Origin: Laetmonice hystrix
Lineage: Eukaryota
Direction of reading: 5' to 3'
Assembly: GCA_965235115.1 (NCBI GenBank)
Contig: OZ249436.1
Span: 8,620,001 to 8,684,000, forward strand
Length of the DNA: 64,000 nucleotides
Below, one piece after another: positions 1 through 12,926 of the stretch (position 1 is its first letter; each line of letters begins with the position of its first letter). The notes beneath the pieces were generated by a model, which worked only from the letters and a program-made list of their open reading frames with translations, did no database searches and was not told where the DNA came from. A program made the position numbers and the translations under genes.

Positions 1-2438
1 CTCCTGAGGTGGTCTGATGCCGCTATATGTTAATAGCGCAACACCTTATAGCGGAATAGTTTCGGTGTATCAACAGGAACATAACTATAGAGCGCCACAG
101 ACTCGCTTCAGACCACGTGACAACCCCCCTTTCGATAGTGATGACGTCATGCGTTCCCGTAATATCCCTCGTAATGGCGCATTCGTTTTGCTACTGGTGA
201 CACACCAATATCGGAATGATAGCGGCGCGGTTTCGACATAATTGGCAGTGTGTCATCGGGTTCGAGAGTTATATCGCTTTTGCGTATCGCGTATCGCGTA
301 TGCCAGAGTTTGGGGATAATTCTGATAGGTCGGCATACGCTGGCTAAATCGTCAAGGTGTGACCGGGCCATTGCCCAACACAATGTTCCAACTTACCCCA
401 TCATGGCCCATGTGTAGGGTTAGTTTGAACATCTGAGATAAGCCTACGTTTTGTCGATTATGTAGGTCATGGTCAGATATCCTAGGCAAATGATGTAATA
501 TTTTTATAAGATGAATATACGATAATTCTAAAGTTAGCATCTACAAGTCAAGAAAGGTGAATCAAACTTTACCATGTCTCTAGCTGTCTGTGGCAGTAGT
601 TGGTGCTGGTGATGGTGCAAGATCTTACGCGATGTTCATCGATGTGAGGCGGTCGCCGTCCGCGTGTAAAATGGAAACGTGGCAAACGTCTTTGCTAAAC
701 GTTGTGCCAGCTGTCCTTCCATATCAGCGTGACGCACCATGTATGGCGTATCGTCTTTTTTTGTCGTTTTCTTTCCTTTGTCTGTCTTCTTAATCACAAA
801 TCTTGATAGAATAGATGCAGAATCCTAAAAGATGTAGGCCTACAGCTGACACTTCATGGTCAGACGATTCCAAGCATATATAATACACATTGGTCTAATT
901 GCCTTTTCATTCAACAGAATTGCAAGGAAGTGGCAAAAAATGAGCAAAATTGCATGTCCAATGCCAGGGTGCACTTATTCACCTCCACTTGTTCTTTGTA
1001 AAAATGTACATAATTGCAAATATTTGCTGTTTGTTCCATGATTCTAGGATGCTATTCTTTGGTATGCAACCTCTTTGAAGTAATATATTTGTATTACTTC
1101 AAAATATATTACTTTACTAGAATCTATAGGCGCGACAGGTGCCTGGCCGCCAGTAAAAGTGTACTTGGTGATTCCATGGCCAGCCGTATCCTGCCTCCTC
1201 GACAATAAACGCATGGAAACCTGAAATGTCACAGCGTTTGTGATCCCCTTTTCCTTGTCCTTTCCTTAATTAACCTTGGGGGCCACCATGAGGTTGTGGG
1301 GATTGGGGGGGGGGGGCGTTCAGTTGACGTGCCTTACGACCGACTCGGTTAAAGCCTTTCAGTGAAACAACGTCCTGTCTGAGAGGACCATCTGCTTTAT
1401 GAGGCTGACCTAGGCATCACTTTGCAATTATATCAGTTATTAAAAGTACAGTATTAGAGTAGAATTATTTCTAAAAAGTGAACTTGGTCTTAGTCGACTA
1501 GATCCGTTCATCCTACCGTTCGAAGATCTGGCGTCTGATACAACACGTGATAACCCAATGGTAGCCGCCATACGGAACTGTGCCACAGATCGACCCACTG
1601 ACGGGGAACAGGTTGTATTGCTACATCCCTTTAGAAGAGTCGTATTGCACTTTTCTCAGCCTTGCACCCTCCCGGCTCCAAGTGGACACTTTGCGACTCA
1701 TCATACTCTCAGTGTTTTACTATCAGCACTAGTTGCCAGACTACGACCGAATGTGGACCCATGCAAGCTCCTTCCGACCCATCAGCCAGTTCATGGGAGA
1801 CAGACCCGAGTCTATAGATAAGCGATACTTTCAGACGTGACCGTTCACTGTACATGTGATTAGTGGTTTCGTGGCTGTCAAGCTGGACCTCCAGAGTGGT
1901 GTCCGACACAACCACCTTGTTTATGTTAAGATATAATCATTTTGTAGCCACAACCAAAACCTTGGATTTGGATATGTTGTCTGCGGGACTAAAAATGCAA
2001 CGACTATCCATATATTGTTATTGTAAATAATTTCTATTATAAGATATTAATAAAAATTATGAAATCTAGGGTTACGACGACCGACGCTATCTTGCTTTCG
2101 ACGTAAGGTATCGCCAAACGTTATGCCCACATACTTTAAGTCACTTTGATTTATCAACGTTGTGGAGACGATTCTCTAAACGTCTGGCTAAACATTATAA
2201 TTTTGCAGGCGTTATTTATATTTGACGTATCAAAAATGAAGCAATTTTTGGTGTAGCATTGCAGATTCCTATCTATCCACGAAGCGCGACAGGTGCCTGG
2301 CCGCCAGTGAAAATGTACTTGGTGATTCCATGGCCAGCCATATGGTGGCAGTGCAGTCGGAGGCGCCCCCTTCTGGATAACCCGGTGACGTTTGCCTGCA
2401 AGATCTCTGTAACCTTTATACTTAGGGATGGGACATCT

Positions 2439-2863
2439 GGGTCGGGTCCCATAAATGTTACGTCAGAATTTAGATAGCCCATAATCACTTATGTCAAATA
2501 GAAGTAACCGACGTAGCTGACGTAAGGGGCTTATTTCTACGCAGGTGGAGCCTGCCTGCGTAACTTCCTAAAATAAGAATTTATATACGAAACTTTGAAT
2601 TAATGTAGTTTATAATGTTACATCAACATATATGAAGTTTCATGGTGGCACGAGGAACATACTCTATGTGGTGCCATTAAAGTTTTAATAAAAATTGATG
2701 TAGCGTTGAAATAAAGGCCCACATCACGCCAAAGAAAAGTCCCTACCGAGGCTCTCCACTTGGACGCAGGCGGGCCTACGTCAAATCGGTATAAGAAGTA
2801 GCATTCTACTTCTTACGTCAACGCTACGTCAATTTTTAGGCAAAAATTTATGGGCCCCGACCC
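2439..2863. mobile_element. MITE-like element with terminal inverted repeats
   Basis: GGGTCGGGTCCCATAAAT ... ATTTATGGGCCCCGACCC; no clear target-site duplication (TSD). Confidence 0.65.
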
Positions 2864-3165
2864 TGGAAGGGAGTAGTACTTCATTAATTTTGCCATGATT
2901 GCGGTAAATTGCCCTTGCGACTATAACTGAGGAGAGGCTGGGGTTCGGGGCTGGGGGTTCGGGGGGCACTATAAGCCCCCACGATCATTTTTGATATTGA
3001 AGGCTTTGATACACTTCTTTATAGACACTTTGATGATCATTTTTATTATCTGGAAGAAATATCATGGGAGCAGACTGGTGATTTATTTTGGTGGGGAAGA
3101 CTAAAGTGATATAGTTAGTTGCCTATCCAACCCGTCAATATTAAGAAACGTTTAGGGGACGTGAA

Positions 3166-3450
3166 GTTAGTAATAAAAGCACTCGGAACCTGGCATTGCA
3201 GGGTGCGCTGAAGTTAGTAATAAAAGCACTTGGAACCTGGCATTGCAGGGTTCGCTGAAGTTAGTAATAAAAGCACTCGGAACCTGGCATTGCAGGGTGC
3301 GCTGAAGTTAGTAATAAAAGCACTCGGAACCTGGCATTGCAGGGTGCGCTGAAGTTAGTAATAAAAACACTTGTAACCTGGCATTGCAGGGTGCGCTAAA
3401 GTTAGTAATAAAAGCACTCGGAACTTGGCATTGCAGGGTGCGCTGAAGTT
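3166..3450. repeat. 47-bp tandem repeat, about 6 copies
   Basis: Unit GTTAGTAATAAAAGCACTCGGAACCTGGCATTGCAGGGTGCGCTGAA. Confidence 0.95.
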
Positions 3451-4609
3451 AATCAGATCAAAATAAGACAGTGAGTATAGATACGGTAAAATAATGGCTT
3501 TTATTTCATAGGTAGGTCCTAGTTTCTCTCGTAGGCCTACCCGATAAATCTTCGCAAGCAACGTTTGTGATGGAAACCGTTCAATAAACTGTTTGTGTAA
3601 CCAGATTTATATTGTGGCGATTTTAGGTTTAGGCCTAGACTCTTATATAGGCCGGTGTGTGTGTGTATGGGTGTAGGTGGGTGTGTAGGGGTGTGGGTGG
3701 GTGTGTAGGGGTGTGTGCACAAGGTAGGACTTTATTTCTCAGTAGGCGTACCGGTTTGTTTGTCGTGGTGCATGATCGTTAGAATTTCCCCTCCTACCCG
3801 CATGCGTCAGAGACCTTCCGTGCGTGACGTCGATCTCCGACCACTCCTGGATCATCCAACCCCTTACTTAGCGGCCCGAGCCCAGGGTCTGCAATATCTC
3901 CCGTTTGCGACGACCTATTGAATTGTTGTTCCAGTTCCTACCGTCAGAGGGCTTAATGGCCCTAGCGGTGAAACCGGATACTACGGTTCGCCTTCGGAGC
4001 AGCACCAGCAGCAGCGGCGGAAGTTCCCTTTATCTATAGCCCCTCAATAATTTAATTTTTATGGAAATTAGGGCATACAGGCAATATTAATCATCTGCCA
4101 AGATTATCAAAATGAAAGGGGAAACAGTTGTAGATATACCCTTTTTAATCCCTACATATTATTTTTCAAATCCGTCAAATCCTTGTCAAATACCAGTATT
4201 TTGATGAGAAAAACAAAATCAGCTTCCGATTTTCTTCATATTTTTTATTCACAACATTTCTAAGTTTTATAAGGAACCTCTGGTTTCCTTATAGATAAGC
4301 ACATTAATAAGTATACTATATGAGCAGTATGGGACATTTATTTTCAATTAACATTATGTATAGATCTATATATTATGTATTCATTCTCTGTCAATTAATA
4401 ATGCCTTCGTTAATATTTTTCTCTATTATTAAAGACGTATAAAAATATAAATACCCCCGATTATACTTAAACTAAGTACAATATTCCAGTATATATGCAG
4501 ATTGATTAATCATAAATTATTATGTCTAGGTGAGAATATATCTATCCCAAGTCAGACAAGTTGTCAGTCGCGACCTTTCTGTCTATAGTGACTATGTTCG
4601 ACGAGTAGT

Positions 4610-4806
4610 TCACACGACCTGAGAGAAGCTGGCGACTGCCGCCATGAGAACAGCCACCGATCCTAGAACCATCCCGACACCGTTCTCGACCTGCAAGGGT
4701 CGTAGAAAATGAGAGATGAACCAAAAGATGAAATATAAGCAGAGCCGTAAATTTGAAGGGAATTTGGCCTGAGGCGAGTGCTGAAGGCCCGAGTCGTTCA
4801 TGTGGC

Positions 4807-4837
<31 letters not shown>

Positions 4838-7550
4838 TTAAATGCCATTTACGGCCCTGTATAAGAAAGGGCATGATAAGTGATCGTATTTTCGTATTCC
4901 ACATGTTTTGTTAGGGTAAAGTAAACAAAACTGAACCAAACATGTCCTTCGTTACTATCCACTGTATAGTTCATCGTGACAAGTACTGGGGCCCTGACAC
5001 GTTTCTCTATAACTAGCAAACGTTTAGAAATGTATATACAACGTCATTATTGTCTGAAATAAAGTTTTATCGTCTTCAAACCTATTGTTTTCTTGATTGT
5101 TATGTATATAGGCCTAAAGACGAACTAATAATGAGAGGGAAGCCTACCTATGTTGTGATCTCTCCTACTCCAGTGTTAGTAATAATGAGAGGGAAGCCTA
5201 CCTGTGTTGTGATCTCTCTTACTCCAGTGTTAGTAATAGTGAGAGGGAAGCCTACCTGTGTTGTGATCTCTCCTACTCCAGTGTTAGTAATAATGAGAGG
5301 GAAGCCTACCTGTGTTGTGATCTCTCCTACTCCAGTGTTAGTAATAATGAGAGGGAAGCCTACCTGTGTTGTGATCTCTCCTACTCCAGTGTTAGTAATA
5401 ATGAGAGGGAAGCCTACCTGTGTTGTGATCTCTCCTACTCCAGTGTTAGTAATAATGAGAGGGAAGCCTACCTGTGTTGTGATCTCTCCTACTCCAGTGT
5501 TAGTAATAATGAGAGGGAAGCCTACCTGTGTTGTGATCTCTCCTACTCCAGTGTTAGTAATAATGAGAGGGAAGCCTACCTGTGTTGTGATCTCTCCTAC
5601 TCCAGTGTTAGTAATAATGAGAGGGAAGCCTACCTGTGTTGTGATCTCTCCTACTCCAGTGTTAGTAATAATGAGAGGGAAGCCTACCTGTGTTGTGATC
5701 TCTCCTACTCCAGTGTTAGTAATAATGAGAGGGAAGCCTACCTGTCTCTCCTACTCCAGTGTTAGTAATAATGAGAGGGAAGCCTACCTGTGTTGTGATC
5801 TCTCCTACTCCAGTGTTAGTAATAATGAGAGGGAAGCCTACCTGTCTCTCCTACTCCAGTGTTAGTAATAATGAGAGGGAAGCCTACCTGTGTTGTGATC
5901 TCTCCTACTCCAGTGTTAGTAATAGTGAGAGGGAAGCCTACCTGTGTTGTGATCTCTCCTACTCCAGTGTTAGTAATAATGAGAGGGAAGCCTACCTGTG
6001 TTGTGATCTGTCCTACTCCAGTGTTAGTAATAATGAGAGGGAAGCCTACCTGTGTTGTGATCTGTCCTACTCCAGTGTTAGTAATAATGAGAGGGAAGCC
6101 TACCTGTGTTGTGATCTGTCCTACTCCAGTGTTAGTAATAATGAGAGGGAAGCCTACCTGTGTTGTGATCTGTCCTACTCCAGTGTTAGTAATAATGAGA
6201 GGGAAGCCTACCTGTGTTGTGATCTCTCCTACTCCAGTGTTAGTAATAATGAGAGGGAAGCCTACCTGTGTTGTGATCTGTCCTACTCCAGTGTTAGTAA
6301 TAATGAGAGGGAAGCCTACCTGTGTTGTGATCTCTCCTACTCCAGTGTTAGTAATAATGAGAGGGAAGCCTACCTGTGTTGTGATCTCTCCTACTCCAGT
6401 GTTAGTAATAATGAGAGGGAAGCCTACCTGTGTTGTGATCTCTCCTACTCCAGTGTTAGTAATAATGAGAGGGAAGCCTACCTGTGTTGTGATCTCTCCT
6501 ACTCCAGTGTTAGTAATAATGAGAGGGAAGCCTACCTGTGTTGTGATCTCTCCTACTCCAGTGTTAGTAATAATGAAAGGGAAGCCTACCTGTGTTGTGA
6601 TCTCTCCTACTCCAGTGTAAGTAATAATGAGAGGGAAGCCTACCTGTGTTGTGATCTCTCCTACTCCAGTGTTAGTAATAATGAGAGGGAAGCCTACCTG
6701 TGTTGTGATCTCTCCTACTCCAGTGTTAGTAATAATGAGAGGGAAGCCTACCTGTGTTGTGATCTCTCCTACTCCAGTGTTAGTAATAATGAGAGGGAAG
6801 CCTACCTGTGTTGTGATCTCTCCTACTCCAGTGTTAGTAATAATGAGAGGGAAGCCTACCTGTGTTGTGATCTCTCCTACTCCAGTGTTAGTAATAATGA
6901 GAGGGAAGCCTACCTGTGTTGTGATCTCTCCTACTCCAGTGTTAGTAATAATGAGAGGGAAGCCTACCTGTGTTGTGATCTCTCCTACTCCAGTGTTAGT
7001 AATAATGAGAGGGAAGCCTACCTGTGTTGTGATCTCTCCTACTCCAGTGTTAGTAATAATGAGAGGGAAGCCTACCTGTGTTGTGATCTCTCCTACTCCA
7101 GTGTTAGTAATAATGAGAGGGAAGCCTACCTGTGTTGTGATCTCTCCTACTCCAGTGTTAGTAACGGCGGTGATACTTTCGGTGGTAGATGGCGCAGTGC
7201 TGTTGTCTGTTGTGAAGACTTCTGTAGTGGCAGTGGCAGAATCTGTGGCAGAGCCTGCTGTCGTTGGAGGGGCGCTGGTCGTGGCAGTTTCACATTTAGC
7301 TACAACAAGAAAGTACCGTTAACGGTCTGCATGAGAAGAAAGGTATTACCTTTTAAAGACTATGCGAGGTTTATTTTTGGCTCTGTATAGGTAACTGCCT
7401 TAGAACATTTTCACCGTCAATCAATTAATTTCCCCATACTGTACAGGTTTTCTGCAATCTAAAGATAATTGTACAGTGTTTATTTGTAGAGTAATACTCA
7501 CCAAAGAAGGCAACAATGGCGATGGCGGTGAGGATGGCGATGGTGTTCAT
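4610..7550 (-). CDS. Small secreted Thr/Ser/Ala-rich mucin-like protein, probably GPI-anchored (99 aa, 3 coding exons)
   Basis: Exons 7550-7502, 7299-7130 and 4690-4610 have GT-AG ends and compatible phases (49+170+81=300 nt). Translation: MNTIAILTAIAIVAFFA (signal peptide), KCETATTSAPPTTAGSATDSATATTEVFTTDNSTAPSTTESITAVTNTGVGEITTQ, VENGVGMVLGSVAVLMAAVASFSQVV* (small-residue site followed by a hydrophobic tail). Confidence 0.8.
5126..7164. repeat. 54-bp minisatellite, about 38 copies, built from the exon-2 end and splice donor of the mucin-like gene
   Basis: Unit ATGAGAGGGAAGCCTACCTGTGTTGTGATCTCTCCTACTCCAGTGTTAGTAATA; two 46-bp deletion units near 5745 and 5845. Confidence 0.97.
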
Positions 7551-8270
7551 GATCACGGAGCTAATATCTTACTGCTCTGTAAGTGTAACGACTGTTTGTA
7601 GTTATCTAGACGGTGAAGATCTTTCCGACTTGCACGTGTTAAACCCTGATACACGATGAAGGACAAGGTCGGACCGACCACCTAATATATGCAGCGGGCT
7701 ATAAGTAGTTGCTAAAGTTACCGACAACAGTTAGAAATCCTGTAAAGTCGAAGTGTGAAAACTTAAACACTATTGGCCGATTGCAAGGACGTGTTTAGTC
7801 TCGGGGTTAATCGGCTATTGGGGTTATCTTCGACAACAACGTCACGATTCTCGGGGTTAAACCATTCTGGAGGTTAAGTTAACCCCGCTTGACTAGTAGG
7901 TTTCACCTTTTCTGGTGTTTCCTGGATAGAAAACGGCCCCTCAGATGCCTAGAAAATGCACCTCAGAGAGTCTTGTTTTTCAAAATTTTCAGGGGGAGGA
8001 CGCTCGGATCCCCCATTTGGAGTATCTAAATTTAGTAATCTAAAGGCCTTGAATCCCACAGAAGAAATGTGTCAACTGGTCCAATTTTTTTTACCAAGAG
8101 TAGTAAAACAGACCTTTTCTGGTGTGTTTCCTGCCCCTCAGATGCCTGGAAAATGCAGCTCAGTCTTGTTTTTCAAAATCTTCAGGGGGAGGACTCTCCT
8201 GTACCCGGCTACTTCAGGCTTTAGGCCCTCCTGTACCCTGCTACTCGGAACTTTTACCCTGTATATCTGT

Positions 8271-8386
8271 GACCTTATTCACAAAGCACCCGCAAGACTT
8301 ACGTGACCGCCAAAACTATTATCCTCAAACTGTTTAATAATAGTTTGCGGGTCCGCAATTCTTGCGTGTGCTTTGTGAATAAGGTC
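8271..8386. mobile_element. Short palindromic MITE
   Basis: GACCTTATTCACAAAGCAC ... GTGCTTTGTGAATAAGGTC, with imperfect pairing extending to the centre. Confidence 0.7.
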
Positions 8387-8784
8387 GTGATTCCTGGGGG
8401 AGGTATAGGGGCGCTATATATGTAACTCAGATTCTCCTGCACGGGATCCTGGGTAAGCCGCAGGGGACCAGGCTAACGAGGACACCGCTTGCCGAACTAG
8501 GCCTATTTCTTTTGAGAAGCTATATGGCGGATTTCCCCGTGACACCAGCCGAATAATCAAAAGACAAACACTCAGCGTAAGATTAAATAAAGACTGCTTG
8601 ATGCCCCTCTTCGATAGGCCTAGGCCTGGTGTAGTAAGCTAACGATCAGTGAGGTGGCGCTCGTGTTTCTATTTGGGCCATGAGTGCTTTCCCCGAACGA
8701 AAGGACTCGAGTGTGAGAATGAGAACTACCTGACATGATCACAAATACAATTTTGTGCTCCAATAATGTTTATTGTGGAACTTA

Positions 8785-11700
8785 TCAGCAGGTTCCTTCC
8801 CATACACATGATCCATCGCCACGGCCCTGTTCACAGAATTCCGTACCCCCTGGGCAGGAAAACTCGTCCCAATGCCCCCCGGCGACATGGCATCGACAGT
8901 ACCTCTTATTATTACTGCCTGGCTTGGCCCAATGTCCATCCCCGTTGCGCAGACAAACGTCTTTGCAGGCTGCAAGAAAACAAAACTGGACTGAAGAGAA
9001 TATTTAGGCCTACCTGAATCATAGGACGCTCATTACTTAGAGGCCAAGTTATTGCCCTGTCCCCGTTACAGACCCTCGGAACACTGCTTGTCGCCAAATA
9101 CATAATGAGAATTGTGGCGGCCAGCGGCAGTGGTTGGGACGTACATGTGCCTGGCGGCAGGGTGGGCGTGGTCGGTCCGGTCGTGGTCGGGGTGGTCGGG
9201 CCCGTACTGAGTGGTTTCCGGGTGGTGGTCGTACTCGGACCGATCGCAGGACGGCAGTGGGACAGATCAGGTTCTTCGTCACTACAAATACATCACTATC
9301 TTCACGTAAACAGAATGTTACTGAAGAAGAAAATAACTGACGCTTTGCTTTCTACATTCAATTGCCCAAGTCATCGCAGCGAAATATGAATTATATCATA
9401 TGTTTTGGTAATTGGTATGCATGTTTTGGCTAATTTTCAAGTGTTTTTCTTTTTCTTTTCTAACCTAAACTATAGTGCTTTGTTATAGTTATTTAAAAGG
9501 ATATAACTAATGAAATAGCAAGTAACAAAAATGAAAAGGCGTACGAGTTAAGCTGGTCAATCATGCACGTCAACAGCGGATATTTCTTTCCTCCACAAAA
9601 CTGTCCATTGAAGTCGTCCAAATCTAGTGCCCAAATCATTATTCCGAGGAACTCCTGCTCTTTCAACCAGTGCATCTTGATTAACCAAATAATAAGCGTA
9701 AATAGTAAGATAATATATAATCGCTCTCAGGTAGGAAATACAATGTTATATTGTTTCCGAACTCAGGCTTACTGTCATGTCTTCCTGTTTTCCTTTGACT
9801 TCCTTTTTTTTCGCCCGCACTTATTTTCTACTTGAGTACAATTTTGAGTAGGTCACGTTCAGTTAAGAGACTCCTTGGTTTGACCAATGGTGCTCACCTT
9901 ACATAAGCAGCTGTCGATGTCGTCGTAGCCGACCCATTCGGTACGACCGTCGGTGCCCTTACCGAAGGCGTAGGGAACCTCGTGTTCCTTGTGAAACACC
10001 CGGGTAGTCAGCACGTTGTTTGACAACTTCTCACAAATCTGCGTGCAGATCATGAAAATGTTATAGGCCTATAGATCTAGTGTGGACGGTTAAAGGCCTA
10101 TTCAAGCCGGTACACAGTGTGGGGATGGCACTAACAACTCTGCTTGGTCAACTTTCCTGAAAGGTCCATGTCTACAAAATAGCGGGCTCAGGTCGGGGAA
10201 AGGCCGCGACGTCATAAAAATGAGCGATAAAAGATGCTAAAACCTAACCCTATGACGTTACCTCATTATCGCTCATTTAGTGACGTCACGGCCATTCCCC
10301 GGCGACTTGTGCAAAAAAGCGCCCCCCTTGACAGATCTTATCCCTTGAACTCCCAACAAGGTAAACTCCTGCTTACCTCGTAATAAGACCAGAATCCATT
10401 TTCGCCGGTAAATCTGCCTGCGGTCGCGCCGCCATCAATGGATGCACCCATGTTGGTGTTACTCCCAGACATTTTAAAAGAACGCCCATAGGTCGGCATA
10501 CCAATAACAAGCTTATTTCGAGGAACACCATTTCGTACCCAGTAGTTAGCTGCCCAGTCCTGATAAAAAAAACAGAGAAAAAACATTCGAGTATATCTAT
10601 AGGCTGATAGGAAGTTAATATACCAGGAAGCCGGAAAATATCAGGGCCGTGCCGGGCGGGAGGGGGCGAAGGGGCAGCTGTAGCTGCAGGCCCACCGGAA
10701 TCAACTGACACCGTATTACGGTAGTCGAAAAGTACAATTGCGCGCAGCGAGCACTGAGGCAGCGTCGATTTCAGTATAGGACTATAGGCCTACAACTCTT
10801 CTCTTTCCGGACATTCGCAAAGTAGATCTACGCCTGATGCCCGTGCATGCACATGTAAAAAGAAAATCATTGATTACGGAATGATCTGATGACGTACCAC
10901 GTTGAGGTAGCGATGACTGGCCTGTTCGTCGGACCGCGGGTAGAGCGGCGCGTTGTGGGCGGCGTACCAATTCCACGCTCCGTTCAAATCGTACGACATT
11001 AGATTGATAAAGTCCAGAGATCTTGGAACACGGAGAAAACTTGGTTATCCATGTGATAATTAGTATCCTATACCATCATGTTAGGGTAATTTGAAGACGC
11101 CTTAGGCTATGCCATTGGAAATATGTGGTCCACTGGCAATCTAATTAAAATTAGATCTTGGTATTCCGCGTCTCTCTCGGCTGTGTCAGTGCTGCGCATG
11201 CGAAATAACTAAGACCTAATTTTAATTAGATTGGGTCCACTGGCGCATCCGAAGTGAAATGCATGATCGTGCCGGAACTATATCAAAGGTTAAGAATTTT
11301 TCACCCCCAATACTAGCCTGGTCCCCGGTCTAAACACTACGTATACACTACGTATATAGAGCCTGGTGATGGCCAATCAAAGCAAGCGTTGTGATTGGCC
11401 CATCGAAAACATGGACGCAAACGAGGTATAGTTCCGTACCCTCCGTATTTCTCCAACAAGACACAAATATTTTCGTAAATCCCTTTAAAATACAAGTGTT
11501 AAAATTTTAATGTCCTCGCTTTTCTGGATGTAAACATAGCGCCAGCAGTCCCCACACCTGCTACGGTCTGCATACGCAGGGGCATGTTGCTATTGTTGGC
11601 CACTCCTGGCCACGCTCCAAGCAGAAGCCAATCACTCTGTTAACGCTGACAAACGGACCGGAGGCGGAAGTGATTAGCTCCGAGGCGGAAGTGCGTGGAG

Positions 11701-12868
11701 ATCACCACTTCCGTTTTACAGCTTTCTGTTAGCCATCACCGGGCCTAACATCACAGCGGATGCGTATGGTAGGCACCGGGGACCAGGCTACCCCAACACG
11801 TGGTGGTCGTCCCCCCTCCCCCCAGTCTGACTTACTTGCCGATTTTCTCCATTTCGTAAGCTGTGTCGATGGTCCACTTCCCGGCTGCCACTGCGGCTGT
11901 AACTAAGAGTCCTTCCGGTCCAAAGGCGTCTTTGAGTTCCTGGTCGGAATCAGACCATTGAACAGTATGTATAGGGTCTATTGCCATAATATATACATGT
12001 TGCCATCTCCCCATATAGGTCTTTAGGTCTTATTACATTGATAGAAGATATGTATCCAAGCAGGGCAACAAATCGAAATGTCTGAAGAAGTAAATTTCTC
12101 ATGGAGGCACTGCATATAGGTCAAGCCTATCAGTAGTTCTAGGCCTATATAGGCCTACATGTGTAGTGGTGTTTATTTAACAGTCTTTTCCCCCCTTGTT
12201 GAACCTAAATTATGAGCCTCCCTGAACTATGCTGCCCTACCAAGAAATACTACATTATCTGCAAAATTGTGAAATTGAAAAAATCTACCCTAGAGTTTAT
12301 CCCTCAGCCATATAAAAGTATTTAAACGACTTAAGTAGTTATGGTACCATAATATGCCATACTACTTAAGTCGCTCAAATACAGTGCCTCTTGGAAGGGC
12401 AGTATGAGTTCGAACCCATTTAACGGTACCGACTGGTACCGGTGTAGCTTAAATTCAGTACGCCTATGTAGAGACCAACCTGGCAGAGTTTCGTGAAGCG
12501 TTGTTTATCACCGGGCGGACTCCCTCGGTTTCCTGGGTACTCGAAATCCAAATCAAGCCCGTCAAAACCATATTTTCTAAGATAAGTGATAGAGCTCGAT
12601 ACGAATTCCGCCCTGTTCTCATCGGTCGCCAACATTTTGGTCATATTCTCCGTACCAAAATTGTAGCCTCCTACCGCCAACAGAACCTTCAGGGACGGAT
12701 TTATCTTTTTCGTAGCCACTACTTGCACGTACCTTGAAATAAGCAGTATATAAATTTAGTACATGTATCTGCATCATTATGGTATTCATTATTGCTGGCA
12801 TGTGCATTCAATAAAATGTATACCTTTTGGGTCGTATTATTCATGTAAACGCACTTTACGTGTACACA

Positions 12869-12926
<58 letters not shown>

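Noticed and set aside
573..824. Exon-like minus-strand segment near the window start
   Set aside because: Stops in all three frames and no recognisable protein; possibly a UTR of a gene outside the window.
1129..2340. About 55-bp dispersed duplicate (1129-1185 and 2284-2340)
   Set aside because: Probably a fragment of an interspersed repeat, with no further structure.
5050..7390. Plus-strand repetitive ORFs (MRGKPTCVVISPTPVLVI and NNEREAYLCCDLSYSSVS)
   Set aside because: They are antisense readings of the 54-bp array; the supported gene is on the minus strand.
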